Positions 18,764 through 28,180 of a DNA stretch of 64,000 nt are shown piece after piece. Both the position numbers and the translations under genes were made by a program. The stretch is from positions 21,008-85,007 of the forward strand of contig CAZTEU010000007.1 in the NCBI GenBank assembly GCA_964612105.1, given 5' to 3'. Below the pieces are notes generated by a model. It searched no databases. It saw only the letters and a program-made list of their open reading frames with translations, and had not been told where the DNA came from. The DNA is from an uncultured Gammaproteobacteria bacterium (GTDB lineage: Bacteria; Patescibacteriota; Patescibacteriia; Magasanikbacterales; UBA922). The stretch's first letter is position 1. Every line of letters starts with the position of its first letter.

Positions 18764-19526
18764 AAACATAGGTGTTGTAATTTTAGCAGCAGGTAAAGGT
18801 ACTCGTTTGGGTTGTTCGGACAAGCCAAAAGTTATGTTGGAGATTGGTGGAAAGCCAATAGTAGAACACACAGTGGATATGTTGTATTCTGTTGGTTTTA
18901 CAAAGCCTCAAATATGTTTAGTAGTTGGTTTTATGGCAAGCTCTGTAAAAAAGCATTTTAAGAATCGTGCGTGTTATGCAACACAAACGGAACAAATTGG
19001 AACAGGACATGCTGCATTTGTTGGTATGAGAAGTTTCCCTAAAAATATTTCTAATGTTCTTGTTTTAGGCGGGGATGATAGTGCGTTTTATACTCCAGAA
19101 ACTATTAAAGATTTTGTATATAAACATATCTCAAGCAATCATGCTGTGTCTGTGTTGTCTGTAAAGAAAGATAATCCAGCAAACCTAGGGCGCATGATAC
19201 GTGATAAAGAAGGGTGCCTTGTTTCTATAAAAGAGAAGGAGCAGTTATTGGAAGAAGAAAATGATATTGATGAAATTAATACAGGCACGTATTGTTTTGA
19301 TAAAGAATGGTATCAGGATGCATTCCTTCGTATGCCAATAATAGAAAAACTAGGAGAGTACGGGCTTAACACAAGTATTCTTATGGCAAGAGAAGATGGA
19401 AAGGGAGTGCAGGCGGTGTGCATAGAAGATGGTGGTGAGTGGTTTGGAGTAAACACTCCTGAAGAATTAGAAGAAGCAAACAAAATAAAATTAGGAACAC
19501 AAACATCACAAACTGTCTCCTCTTAA
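18747..19526 (+). CDS. Sugar-phosphate nucleotidyltransferase (GlmU N-terminal-domain-like, no acetyltransferase domain)
   Basis: VVILAAGKGTRL...PKVMLEIGGKP signature of NTP_transferase-family pyrophosphorylases. Confidence 0.7.
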   Translation: MLKNFENIGVVILAAGKGTRLGCSDKPKVMLEIGGKPIVEHTVDMLYSVGFTKPQICLVVGFMASSVKKHFKNRACYATQTEQIGTGHAAFVGMRSFPKNISNVLVLGGDDSAFYTPETIKDFVYKHISSNHAVSVLSVKKDNPANLGRMIRDKEGCLVSIKEKEQLLEEENDIDEINTGTYCFDKEWYQDAFLRMPIIEKLGEYGLNTSILMAREDGKGVQAVCIEDGGEWFGVNTPEELEEANKIKLGTQTSQTVSS

Positions 19527-19547
19527 TATTATATAAATACATTAAAT

Positions 19548-21371
19548 ATGTGTGGAATTATTGGTTACATTGGTTCTAACAGAGCAACACCTGTCTTGTT
19601 AAATGGCTTACGTAAGTTGGAATATAGAGGCTATGACAGCGCAGGTCTTGCTGTAATTCATGATAAGAAAATTAATTCCATAAAATCAGTTGGTAAGATA
19701 GATAAACTTTCTGAGAAAGTGAGCATTTATCCTCACGAAGCAATTATGGGTATTGCACACACTCGTTGGGCAACACATGGGGGTGTAACAGAAGAGAATG
19801 CTCATCCTCATGTTGTTATGGATGGAAAGCTTGCGCTTGTTCATAATGGAATTATAGAAAATTACAGGGAGATTAAGAAAAAGTTAGGTGATAACATTAA
19901 CTACAAATCAGAAACAGACTCAGAAGTTCTTGCTCACCTAATTGCTTCTCACTACAATGGAGATTTGCGTCATGCAGTAGAGTCTGCGTTACAACATGTT
20001 AGAGGAACATATGGGATTGTAGTTATGCATGAAGACCATCCAGACTGCTTAATTGCCGCAAGGATGGGTAGTCCGCTAGTAATTGGTATGCACAAAGATG
20101 AATATTTTGTAGCAAGCGATCCAACACCAATTTTAGCTCACACAAAGCAAGTGGTTTTTTTGGATGATGGAGAGGTCGCAGAAGTATGCAGAGATGGTGT
20201 TAATACTTTTAATCTTAAAGACGAAAGAGTTGTTAAGTGTGTTGAGGAGATAGATTGGAATGAAAGTGACGCACAAAAACAAGGCTACGACAATTTCATG
20301 TTAAAGGAAATACACGACCAGCCAACAGTCTTCGAAGATGCTATACGTGGTCGTTTTGATATTAAAGAGGGTACAGCAAAACTTGGTGGAATTAATATGA
20401 CACCACAGCAAATGCAAGATATTAAGCGTGTGGTTTTAATTGCATGTGGAACAGCTAGTTATGCTGCGATGGTTGGTAAATATGCTTTCGAGCGTTTAGC
20501 AGGTATTCCAACAGAAATAGATGTTGCAAGTGAATTCCGTTACCGTGATCCAATAATAGATCAGCACACGCTTGTGTTTGGTATTTCTCAATCAGGAGAA
20601 ACTGCAGACACTCTTGCAGCACTTCGTGAGGCAAAAAGAAAAGGCGCTTACGTGCGTGGTATTGTTAATGTTGTTGGTTCTACAATCGCACGAGAGACAG
20701 ATGGTGGTACATACATTCATGCAGGACCAGAGCTTGCTGTTGCTTCTACTAAAGCATATACAAACATGATTGCTGTATTATTGCTGTACGCAATAGAACT
20801 TGGAAGGTTAAAAAGAATAAGTTTAGCAACAGGGCAGAGATTATTAAATGCTCTTCTGGAGGTTCCAACAAAAATGAATGAAATACTGAGTAATAAAGAG
20901 AAAATAAAAGAAATAGCCCTTAAATACAAGGACATGAATAATTGTTTCTTCCTTGGAAGAGGTAATAATTTTCCTGTAGCTTTAGAAGGCTCCCTTAAAT
21001 TAAAAGAAATATCATATATTCACTCAGAAGCATACCCGGGAGGAGAGATGAAACATGGGCCAATTGCATTGCTTAATGAAGATTTCCCAGTAATAGGAAT
21101 AATGACAAAAAATCAGCTATACGATAAAATGAGAAGCAATATAGAAGAGGCAAAGGCTCGTAAAGCAAAAATATTATTAATTGCTACAAATGGTGATGAG
21201 GAAGCAAAAGAATTAGCAGATGATGTAATATATGTCCCTTCTACAATGGAATTGTTACAGCCGTTATTAAACACAATACCATTGCAGTTGTTTGCTTACT
21301 ATATTGCAGTTGCGCTAGACCGTGATGTAGATCGTCCTCGCAATTTAGCTAAAAGTGTTACAGTAGAATAA
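19548..21371 (+). CDS. glmS: Glutamine--fructose-6-phosphate aminotransferase
   Basis: MCGIIGY N-terminal nucleophile, two SIS domains, C-terminal ...KSVTVE. Confidence 0.95.
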   Translation: MCGIIGYIGSNRATPVLLNGLRKLEYRGYDSAGLAVIHDKKINSIKSVGKIDKLSEKVSIYPHEAIMGIAHTRWATHGGVTEENAHPHVVMDGKLALVHNGIIENYREIKKKLGDNINYKSETDSEVLAHLIASHYNGDLRHAVESALQHVRGTYGIVVMHEDHPDCLIAARMGSPLVIGMHKDEYFVASDPTPILAHTKQVVFLDDGEVAEVCRDGVNTFNLKDERVVKCVEEIDWNESDAQKQGYDNFMLKEIHDQPTVFEDAIRGRFDIKEGTAKLGGINMTPQQMQDIKRVVLIACGTASYAAMVGKYAFERLAGIPTEIDVASEFRYRDPIIDQHTLVFGISQSGETADTLAALREAKRKGAYVRGIVNVVGSTIARETDGGTYIHAGPELAVASTKAYTNMIAVLLLYAIELGRLKRISLATGQRLLNALLEVPTKMNEILSNKEKIKEIALKYKDMNNCFFLGRGNNFPVALEGSLKLKEISYIHSEAYPGGEMKHGPIALLNEDFPVIGIMTKNQLYDKMRSNIEEAKARKAKILLIATNGDEEAKELADDVIYVPSTMELLQPLLNTIPLQLFAYYIAVALDRDVDRPRNLAKSVTVE

Positions 21372-21373
21372 AT

Positions 21374-22321
21374 ATGAATAAAAAGAAAAACATTGTAATA
21401 TTTGGTGGCGCGAACGGCACATCTCTTATTGTACGTTCACTAAAGCCATTTGTAGACGAATACAATATAAATGCTGTAGTTTCTATGAGTGATTCTGGAA
21501 GATCTAGCGCAAAGATGAGAGACGAGGTTGGTTATTTGCCAACAGCAGACTTAATTCGTGTAATATATTCTTTTTCTTCCTACGATTACAATCTGTTAAA
21601 AGAATTATTATACAAGAATAGATTTACCACACATGAAAAATTAAATAATTTTAATATAGGAGCTTTGTTTCTAGGTCTTGCTGGAAAATATACTGATGAT
21701 TTGGTTGCTACTATCAGAGCAATGGAAGAGGTTTTAAAATGTGTAGGGAAAGTATTTCCTGCAACACTAGATATGACAGATCTAAATGTAGAACTAGAGA
21801 GCGGGAGAACAATAAAGGGTGAGGGAGAAATAGATGATCCGGAAGGTTTGCGAGACTCAACCATAAAAAGAGCTTGGTTGGAGAGAGACGGAAAACTTTT
21901 TGATGGAGCAAAAGAAGTTATAGAAAATGCAGATATAATTGTTACTGGCCCAGGGGATCTGTACACCAGTAGTATTGCATCACTCCTAGCAAAAGGAACC
22001 AAAGAGGCCATAGAATTATCTGGTGCACCAATTATATATGTGGCAGGAAATAAATATACAGCAAATGGAGAATTCGCTCCAATAAAACTATCTGAACGTA
22101 TTAGTGCACTAGAAAATTATTTACCAAAGAAAGTAAATAATATAATATATAACAGTCATATTCCGGCTGGAGAAGAGAAAGGGTTATATAATAAGAAGCA
22201 TTGGGGAATATTAGAAAATGACATGGAAGAAGAACGAGTTAATGTTTCTGATTTTGAACGTAAGGGTGGTGGTATTTCTACAAAAAAACTTGGTAAAATA
22301 TTAAAGGATATTATTATCTAA
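21374..22321 (+). CDS. YvcK/CofD-family protein (UPF0052, gluconeogenesis-factor/GlmR-like)
   Basis: IVIFGGANGTSLIV...SMSDSGRSSAKMRDE and GPGDLYTSSIASLL motifs. Confidence 0.7.
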   Translation: MNKKKNIVIFGGANGTSLIVRSLKPFVDEYNINAVVSMSDSGRSSAKMRDEVGYLPTADLIRVIYSFSSYDYNLLKELLYKNRFTTHEKLNNFNIGALFLGLAGKYTDDLVATIRAMEEVLKCVGKVFPATLDMTDLNVELESGRTIKGEGEIDDPEGLRDSTIKRAWLERDGKLFDGAKEVIENADIIVTGPGDLYTSSIASLLAKGTKEAIELSGAPIIYVAGNKYTANGEFAPIKLSERISALENYLPKKVNNIIYNSHIPAGEEKGLYNKKHWGILENDMEEERVNVSDFERKGGGISTKKLGKILKDIII

Positions 22322-22322
22322 T

Positions 22323-22652
22323 ATGAATAAAACAGACCTACCAACAACAGCTGTAAAGTTTACAGTTGAGGAAGACGGAAAAATAGTGGGACATGCTTTC
22401 TTGTTTCTAATTTTCAACGAGCTTCATGATAAAAAGTATGGATTAATGGAGGATGTATATGTGGAAGAAGAATATCGAGGGAAAGGAATTGGAAAAAATC
22501 TTGTAGACAGTGTAATTAAAGAGGCAGAACTACGTGGTTGTTATAAGTTGCTTGCACAAAGTAGATACGGAAGAGAACATGTACATGAGCTATACAAGAA
22601 GTTTGGCTTTAATGATCACGGAAAGAACTTTCGAATGGATTTTAATAAATAA
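22323..22652 (+). CDS. GNAT-family N-acetyltransferase
   Basis: VEEEYRGKGIGKNLV acetyl-CoA-binding motif. Confidence 0.7.
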   Translation: MNKTDLPTTAVKFTVEEDGKIVGHAFLFLIFNELHDKKYGLMEDVYVEEEYRGKGIGKNLVDSVIKEAELRGCYKLLAQSRYGREHVHELYKKFGFNDHGKNFRMDFNK

Positions 22653-22654
22653 AT

Positions 22655-23809
22655 ATGAATCTATACGAATTTGAAGGAAAAAATATTTTTAGTAAATTCG
22701 ACATCTCTATTCCAAAGGGTTTTAACGTAAAAAGAGGAGAAGATGTTATTTTGGAATATAATAGTTTAGGAGTTACAGATGTTGTAGTAAAAGCACAGGT
22801 ATTGTCTGGAAAAAGAGGGAAGAATAATGCTATATTGTTTTGTTCATCAGCAGAAGAAACCTCTCAGGCAGTAAAAGACCTTTTCAATATGGATGTGCGC
22901 GGACAGTATGTTGCATCTGTAAGAGTAGAAGAAAAATTAAACATTATAGAAGAACACTATCTCTCCATCACTTATGATACAAATGGTAAACAGCTGATAC
23001 TTGTGTACTCTGCAGAAGGTGGGGTGGATATAGAAGATGTTCCGGATGAAAAAATACAGAAAATTCATTTAGACATAAGGAGTGAAAATCCAGACAATCT
23101 CCCAAACGAGTGTAAAGAAGTGGCACAGAAGCTTTGGAAGTGTTTTTTAGATAGCGACACACGTCTTGTGGAAATAAATCCACTTGTAAAAACAGAAAAG
23201 GGAGATTGGGTTGCAGCAGACGCAAAAATTGCGATAGATGATGATGCTTTCTTTAGGCATGATGAGTGGAAAGCTTTAGAGCCAAGAACAATGATGGGTC
23301 GCCCACCAACAGAACGAGAGGTTTCGGTAAAAGAAATAGATAAAGGAGAGGGGTATTATCGTGGTACAGCTGGAAAATATATAGAGATGGATGGTGATAT
23401 AGCTGTGCTTTTCTCTGGGGGTGGTGCAAGTATTGCAAACATGGACGAGCTACAAAAAAATGGTTTGTCTGCATCTAACTATACAGAATACTCTGGAAAC
23501 CCTCCTCAGGAAAAAGTATACGAATTAGCAAAGATAGTACTATCTAAACCCGGACTAAAAGGATTATGGATTGCAGGAGGAGTTTCTAACTTTACAGACG
23601 TAGGTGCAACCTTTGCTGGAATTATACAAGCACTAGATGAGATTAAACCAAAATATCCAATTGTTATTCGTCGTGCTGGTGTAAATGAAAAAGAAGGTAT
23701 GAGATTAATGAGAGAGTGTGGCGAAAGAAATAATCTCAACATAAAATACTTTGGTAAGGAAATTTCAATGGGCGAGACAGCAGGTGAGTTAGCAAAAATG
23801 ATAAATTAA
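22655..23809 (+). CDS. sucC: Succinyl-CoA synthetase beta-subunit-like (ATP-grasp) protein
   Basis: MNLYEFEGKNIFSKF N-terminus typical of SucC. Length 384 aa. Confidence 0.8.
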   Translation: MNLYEFEGKNIFSKFDISIPKGFNVKRGEDVILEYNSLGVTDVVVKAQVLSGKRGKNNAILFCSSAEETSQAVKDLFNMDVRGQYVASVRVEEKLNIIEEHYLSITYDTNGKQLILVYSAEGGVDIEDVPDEKIQKIHLDIRSENPDNLPNECKEVAQKLWKCFLDSDTRLVEINPLVKTEKGDWVAADAKIAIDDDAFFRHDEWKALEPRTMMGRPPTEREVSVKEIDKGEGYYRGTAGKYIEMDGDIAVLFSGGGASIANMDELQKNGLSASNYTEYSGNPPQEKVYELAKIVLSKPGLKGLWIAGGVSNFTDVGATFAGIIQALDEIKPKYPIVIRRAGVNEKEGMRLMRECGERNNLNIKYFGKEISMGETAGELAKMIN

Positions 23810-23810
23810 T

Positions 23811-24707
23811 ATGGGAATACTAATAGATAACAATACAAAAGTATTAATACAGGGAATTACAGGTAAAGAAGGGCAGAAGGCTGCAAAATCTATGTTAGAT
23901 TATGGTACAAATGTTGTTGGTGGAGTACGTCCAGGAAAAGGTGGTGAAGAGGTGCTTGGTAAACCTGTGTTTAACACAGTTGCAGAAGCAATGGAAGAGT
24001 TTCCAGACATAACAACATCAGCTATCTATGTACCCCCGTTTGCTGCAAAGGGTGCAATAATGGAGGCTATAGACTCTGGTATTTCATACATTAACACAAT
24101 TATTGAGCGTATACCTATAAAAGACACTGCATATTGCTTGGCAATGGCAAAAGAAAAAGGAACAAAAATAATTGGCCCCAGCTCACTTGGTTATATTACT
24201 CCAGGTGTTGGAAGATTGGGTGTTGTTGGTGGACCGAAAACTTCTGCAGATGAAGTTTTTACTCCGGGAAGCATAGGAATAATTTCACGTTCTGGTGGAA
24301 TGACGAATGAGGTATCATGGCAGGTGCGCAAGGCCGGCATGGGTCAGAGTACAGCTGTGCATGTAGGTGGAGATCTTTTAATGGGTACAACTTATGCAGA
24401 TCTCTTAAAACTTTTTGAAAAAGATGAACAAACAAAAGCTGTAATTATTTTTGGAGAGCACGGAGGTAGTTATGAATTTGAAATTGTTGATCTAATAAAT
24501 AATAAGGAATATACAAAACCTCTTGCTGTATATGTTGGGGGAAAGTTTGCAAACATATTCCCAGAGGGAATGGATATAGGGCATGCTGGTGCTATAGTTG
24601 CTCCGGGACAGGGGGCAGAGGAAAAAGAAAAAGCTCTTGGAGAAGTTGGGGTTATGATTGCAGAACATTACGAACAACTTGCAGAACTAATTAAACCATA
24701 TTCATAA
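23811..24707 (+). CDS. sucD: Succinyl-CoA synthetase alpha-subunit-like (CoA-binding) protein
   Basis: KVLIQGITGKEGQ, and a phosphohistidine-loop region in SRSGGMTNEVS...VGGD. Confidence 0.8.
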   Translation: MGILIDNNTKVLIQGITGKEGQKAAKSMLDYGTNVVGGVRPGKGGEEVLGKPVFNTVAEAMEEFPDITTSAIYVPPFAAKGAIMEAIDSGISYINTIIERIPIKDTAYCLAMAKEKGTKIIGPSSLGYITPGVGRLGVVGGPKTSADEVFTPGSIGIISRSGGMTNEVSWQVRKAGMGQSTAVHVGGDLLMGTTYADLLKLFEKDEQTKAVIIFGEHGGSYEFEIVDLINNKEYTKPLAVYVGGKFANIFPEGMDIGHAGAIVAPGQGAEEKEKALGEVGVMIAEHYEQLAELIKPYS

Positions 24708-24718
24708 TAATTATACGT

Positions 24719-25459
24719 ATGAAATACACCACAAAGATAACAGATATAAAAGATGGCAAGGAGGCAATAAGAGGATATGATTTATCAGAGTTAGCACAGA
24801 AAAAGAGTTTTGTAGAAACTATCTTTCTTCTCCTAAAAGGAGACCTTCCAGATGAAAACGAGACAAAAATGATGAATGTACTTTTTACCTCTGCTATAGA
24901 CCATAGCCCTGGTACAGCAAGTGCTAATACTGCGCGTATTGTTGCGTCTGCAAAGAATAGTTTGCACGTAGGTGTTTCTGCAGGTATTTTGGCTATGGGT
25001 GAGAGGCACGGTAGCGCAATAGAAGGTTCTGCAAAGTTTTTTCAAGAAAACAAAGACGAAAAAGATATTGCAGATTTAGTTATGAAACTAAAGGAACAGA
25101 AAGTGCGTGTACCAGGATATGGACACCCAACCTTGTCAAAAGATCACAGGAGTGATACAATTTTTTCCGTTGCAAAAGACACAGGTATATATGGAAAACA
25201 CTGTACATTTGCAGAAAGCTTTCACAAAGAGCTTAACAACGCCTCTTCTAAAGAATTACCTATTAATATAGATGGGGCAATGGCAGCAGTACTATCAGAT
25301 ATGGGGTTTGATTGGGGTATCATGAAAGGATTTTTCATAATAGCACGTGTTCCAGGATTAGTAGCACAGACGTATGAGGAGTTGACAAATGATAAAGGAA
25401 TACGTAGAGTTGCACAAGAAGAAATAGAATACACAGGAGAAACAGACAGAAAATTATAA
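24719..25459 (+). CDS. Citrate-synthase-family small protein (citryl-CoA-lyase-like C-terminal domain only)
   Basis: AIDHSPGTASANTARIVAS, GERHGSA, VPGYGHPTLSKDHR (the GFGHRVYK..DPR signature) and INIDGA...FFIIARVPGLVAQTYEE align with the catalytic half of citrate synthase. Confidence 0.6.
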   Translation: MKYTTKITDIKDGKEAIRGYDLSELAQKKSFVETIFLLLKGDLPDENETKMMNVLFTSAIDHSPGTASANTARIVASAKNSLHVGVSAGILAMGERHGSAIEGSAKFFQENKDEKDIADLVMKLKEQKVRVPGYGHPTLSKDHRSDTIFSVAKDTGIYGKHCTFAESFHKELNNASSKELPINIDGAMAAVLSDMGFDWGIMKGFFIIARVPGLVAQTYEELTNDKGIRRVAQEEIEYTGETDRKL

Positions 25460-25478
25460 TAAGCTAACTAATTATATT

Positions 25479-26156
25479 ATGACAAACAAAATATTCATGG
25501 GAGTGGTAACATGTCTTTTACTTGTTGGTGCAGGATGTGCACAGGCAACAAAACCAGAAAGTGATGGAATGAAGAAAGTACTAGATCCAGTAAAGATAGA
25601 AGTTGGTTTAATTGGAGATTTTACATCAAAGTACTCAAATGAAAGTGACAACATGAGAAGGGGAATTAGTCTTGCTACAGATTTCTTAAAGATAGAGAGA
25701 GTGACTACTGTAAAGAAAGAAGCTGCGTGTAATTTAGAAGAAATTACAGGCGCTGTTGATTTTCTTACAAAAGAAGGTGTAAATGCAGTAATAATAAATA
25801 TTTGTGATGAGTTAGCTCCAAACACAGCAAAAATGTTGCAAGACAAAAAAATTACGTCAGTGTTTATTGGATCTTCTAACATGGAAGTAGAAAAAGCAGG
25901 GGATTATATATTTAGTATGATTTCTGAGTCCGCATCAACAGATAAAAAGTTTGTAAATGAACACTTTGAAAAATTTGGAAATAAGCCAGGAATATTCTCT
26001 ACAGAAGGATACAATGCCATTAAACTTTTGTCACTTCTTGCAGATAAGGGAGTAGGGACATCTAAAATGATGAAGGATGAAATTATTTCTACTGAGTTTG
26101 ATGGAGTGGGCGGAACAATTTACTTTAATGTAGACGGTCTTGCTCAAACAAAATAA
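25479..26156 (+). CDS. Putative lipoprotein (periplasmic-binding-protein-like?)
   Basis: Signal peptide ending in LLLVGAGC (lipobox). Soluble alpha/beta-like remainder. Confidence 0.4.
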   Translation: MTNKIFMGVVTCLLLVGAGCAQATKPESDGMKKVLDPVKIEVGLIGDFTSKYSNESDNMRRGISLATDFLKIERVTTVKKEAACNLEEITGAVDFLTKEGVNAVIINICDELAPNTAKMLQDKKITSVFIGSSNMEVEKAGDYIFSMISESASTDKKFVNEHFEKFGNKPGIFSTEGYNAIKLLSLLADKGVGTSKMMKDEIISTEFDGVGGTIYFNVDGLAQTK

Positions 26157-26171
26157 CATCTATAAAAAACA

Positions 26172-26199
26172 AAAACCCCGCATTGAGCGGGGTTTTTTA
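26172..26199. terminator. Bidirectional rho-independent terminator
   Basis: AAAACCCCGC-attgag-GCGGGGTTTT with A/T runs on both sides. Confidence 0.75.
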
Positions 26200-26208
26200 A
26201 TAAAGACT

Positions 26209-26442
26209 TTATCTTTTTTTACGACGAGTTGTTTTACGACGCGTAGTCTTTCTCTTTGTTGTCTTACGTTTTGCTGGTTTGCGTTTCTTTGTAGCTTTAC
26301 GCTTCGCAGGTTTACGCTTTTTAGCAGTTTTACGTTTTTTTGGAGCAGCTTTTTTCTTACGTTTTGCTGGTTTGCGTTTCTTTGTAGCTTTACGCTTCGC
26401 AGGTTTACGCTTTTTAGCAGTTTTACGTTTTTTTGCAGGCAT
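26209..26442 (-). CDS. Highly basic Lys/Arg/Ala/Pro-repeat protein (histone H1/Hc1-like, 78 aa) containing a 93-bp tandem duplication
   Basis: MPAKKRKTAKKRKPAKRKATKKRKPAKRK repeated twice (DNA repeat unit at about 26268 and 26361). GAGGAG upstream of the ATG. The longer listed ORF is a 5' extension. Confidence 0.5.
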   Translation of the reverse strand: MPAKKRKTAKKRKPAKRKATKKRKPAKRKKKAAPKKRKTAKKRKPAKRKATKKRKPAKRKTTKRKTTRRKTTRRKKR

Positions 26443-26660
26443 ATTTTTATTTCTCCTCTCTATGGATTGAATACGTGTAACTTTGATATGACCATGGTAC
26501 ATGCCAAATGGCATTACACATACAACACGTTAACACGACAAGCATCGATGTGAACATGCTTCGACCTTTTACAATATTATAATCTTTTTTTTTGCTTTTT
26601 TATATACTTAACATTCAAAAACTGTGCATAACTTTTACAAAAATATTTTTTTAAAAAAAT

Positions 26661-26690
26661 AAAAGTAACTTTTGTTACTTTCTTTCTTAG
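26661..26690 (-). terminator. Rho-independent terminator for the minus-strand membrane-protein gene
   Basis: On the minus strand: AAAGTAAC-aaaa-GTTACTTT followed by a T-run. Confidence 0.5.
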
Positions 26691-26694
26691 TTTT

Positions 26695-27339
26695 TTATTT
26701 TTCAATGTCTCTTCCAAAACCGAGAAGCAAAAACATTAGTATGCTTCCAAAACAAATTCCAGCGAGATTGAAAAGAAATAATAGAAAACTGTCGTACGCA
26801 AGTGAGTTTTGGTTTAGTGCAAAACTTAGTCCACTTACTGCAAGTGGGGGAACAACAGCAACAGCAATTGCTATTCCTGTTAATGATTCTAAAACTTTTG
26901 GTTTTGCATAACTGAAAGCTCCTGCGAAACCACTAAATAGGGCTACAAGGAAGTAGAATAGATTTGGTTCTGTGCGAAGGAACATTTCATTTGTTATATG
27001 CACCCCTACTCCCTCTATTAGAAAAGCAAGTTTTCCTAGTAAATAAGCAACGAAGATAGTAACAGCAGTTCCCAATATTATAGCAAGTGCAGACTTAACA
27101 AGTCTTTTGAGATCTAGTGCTATTATTGCAAGAGAGAATCCAATCAGAGGAATTATTAGAGGAGATAATACCATTGCTCCAATTATTATTGCAATGTTAT
27201 CTAGGAGTAATCCCAAAGATGCAACTGCACCAGCTAAGGATGTGAGCGTGTAAAAGTTTAACAACTTATTTGTGTGCTGCTCTAGTTGTTTTTGTGTCTT
27301 GTTTCTTAGGCGAGAAATACGAGACGTTCTTATTGCCAT
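26695..27339 (-). CDS. Polytopic membrane protein (DUF389-like?)
   Basis: At least five hydrophobic helices. No catalytic motif recognised. Confidence 0.4.
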   Translation of the reverse strand: MAIRTSRISRLRNKTQKQLEQHTNKLLNFYTLTSLAGAVASLGLLLDNIAIIIGAMVLSPLIIPLIGFSLAIIALDLKRLVKSALAIILGTAVTIFVAYLLGKLAFLIEGVGVHITNEMFLRTEPNLFYFLVALFSGFAGAFSYAKPKVLESLTGIAIAVAVVPPLAVSGLSFALNQNSLAYDSFLLFLFNLAGICFGSILMFLLLGFGRDIEK

Positions 27340-27344
27340 AACAT

Positions 27345-28058
27345 TTATATTATTGTAGAAAACTGAATGAGTTTTAGTTCGCCGATAGCAATATTTTTAT
27401 CTAGTTTGTGTTTGGGAATAAAATTAAGATGCCATTCATATACTTCTGTTTGTTTAATCCATTCGAGGAAGTTTCTTAAAATTTGTATAAATAATTCTTT
27501 TGCAGACTGAGTTCTAAACTCAAATTGATTTGTTACAAAGATCCACCTAATCATTATCCTGTACGCAATGCGATATTTAATGGATGATTCTGCTAGATTG
27601 CAAATCACTTTGCTTCGTTCTACGTTTAGTAAATCAAGAGCATCTGCATCTTTTAATATGTCTAGCAGTATTCTATTTTTCTTTCTTAGTAAAATTTTTG
27701 TCAAAACTGTTCCTGTTCCCATACTCTTACAAAAAATAATTCGTGTGGCCATTCCTACGACAGAACCAAACAAACCGAAACGTATTGTCCAGTACCAAAG
27801 CATTAAAGCAGACAACGTGTCATCCACAAAAGGCATCAGTACAAAAGATGCTTTTTTGTTGAGTGTTCTTCCTGCATCATGCCACCAAGCAGATAGTATA
27901 AGAGCTTGATATTGTTCGTTGCTCAAACTACTCTCTTTAGAGATGCTTCTGCAGTGCGAGACAACCCGCTTTACATGCGAGAGATCGTGGACTGGGTCCT
28001 TGCTCTGCCTCATGAAATTTTCCGCTAAAATAAGCAGTTTTTTTACTCTTTCATCCAT
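27345..28058 (-). CDS. HD-domain phosphohydrolase
   Basis: HDLSHVKRV...WWHDAGR forms an H...HD metal-binding motif. Confidence 0.5.
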   Translation of the reverse strand: MDERVKKLLILAENFMRQSKDPVHDLSHVKRVVSHCRSISKESSLSNEQYQALILSAWWHDAGRTLNKKASFVLMPFVDDTLSALMLWYWTIRFGLFGSVVGMATRIIFCKSMGTGTVLTKILLRKKNRILLDILKDADALDLLNVERSKVICNLAESSIKYRIAYRIMIRWIFVTNQFEFRTQSAKELFIQILRNFLEWIKQTEVYEWHLNFIPKHKLDKNIAIGELKLIQFSTII

Positions 28059-28180
28059 ATACTGGCAATTATATCAAAACTTGGATAAAGTAACAATGCT
28101 GATATAGCATAAATATGCTATCTTTAACTTGACAGAAGTGGAAAATTTTGCTAAGTTAAGCGACTACGTTCTTTACAAAA

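Noticed and set aside
26260-26445. Tandem repeats considered as a CRISPR array or minisatellite
   Set aside because: There are only two copies, they are in-frame inside a coding gene, and there are no spacer-repeat alternation or cas genes anywhere in the window.
26140-26553. 137-aa plus-strand ORF with Phe/Leu/Cys repeats
   Set aside because: It is the antisense of the Lys/Arg-repeat gene. It has no RBS and reads through the bidirectional terminator.
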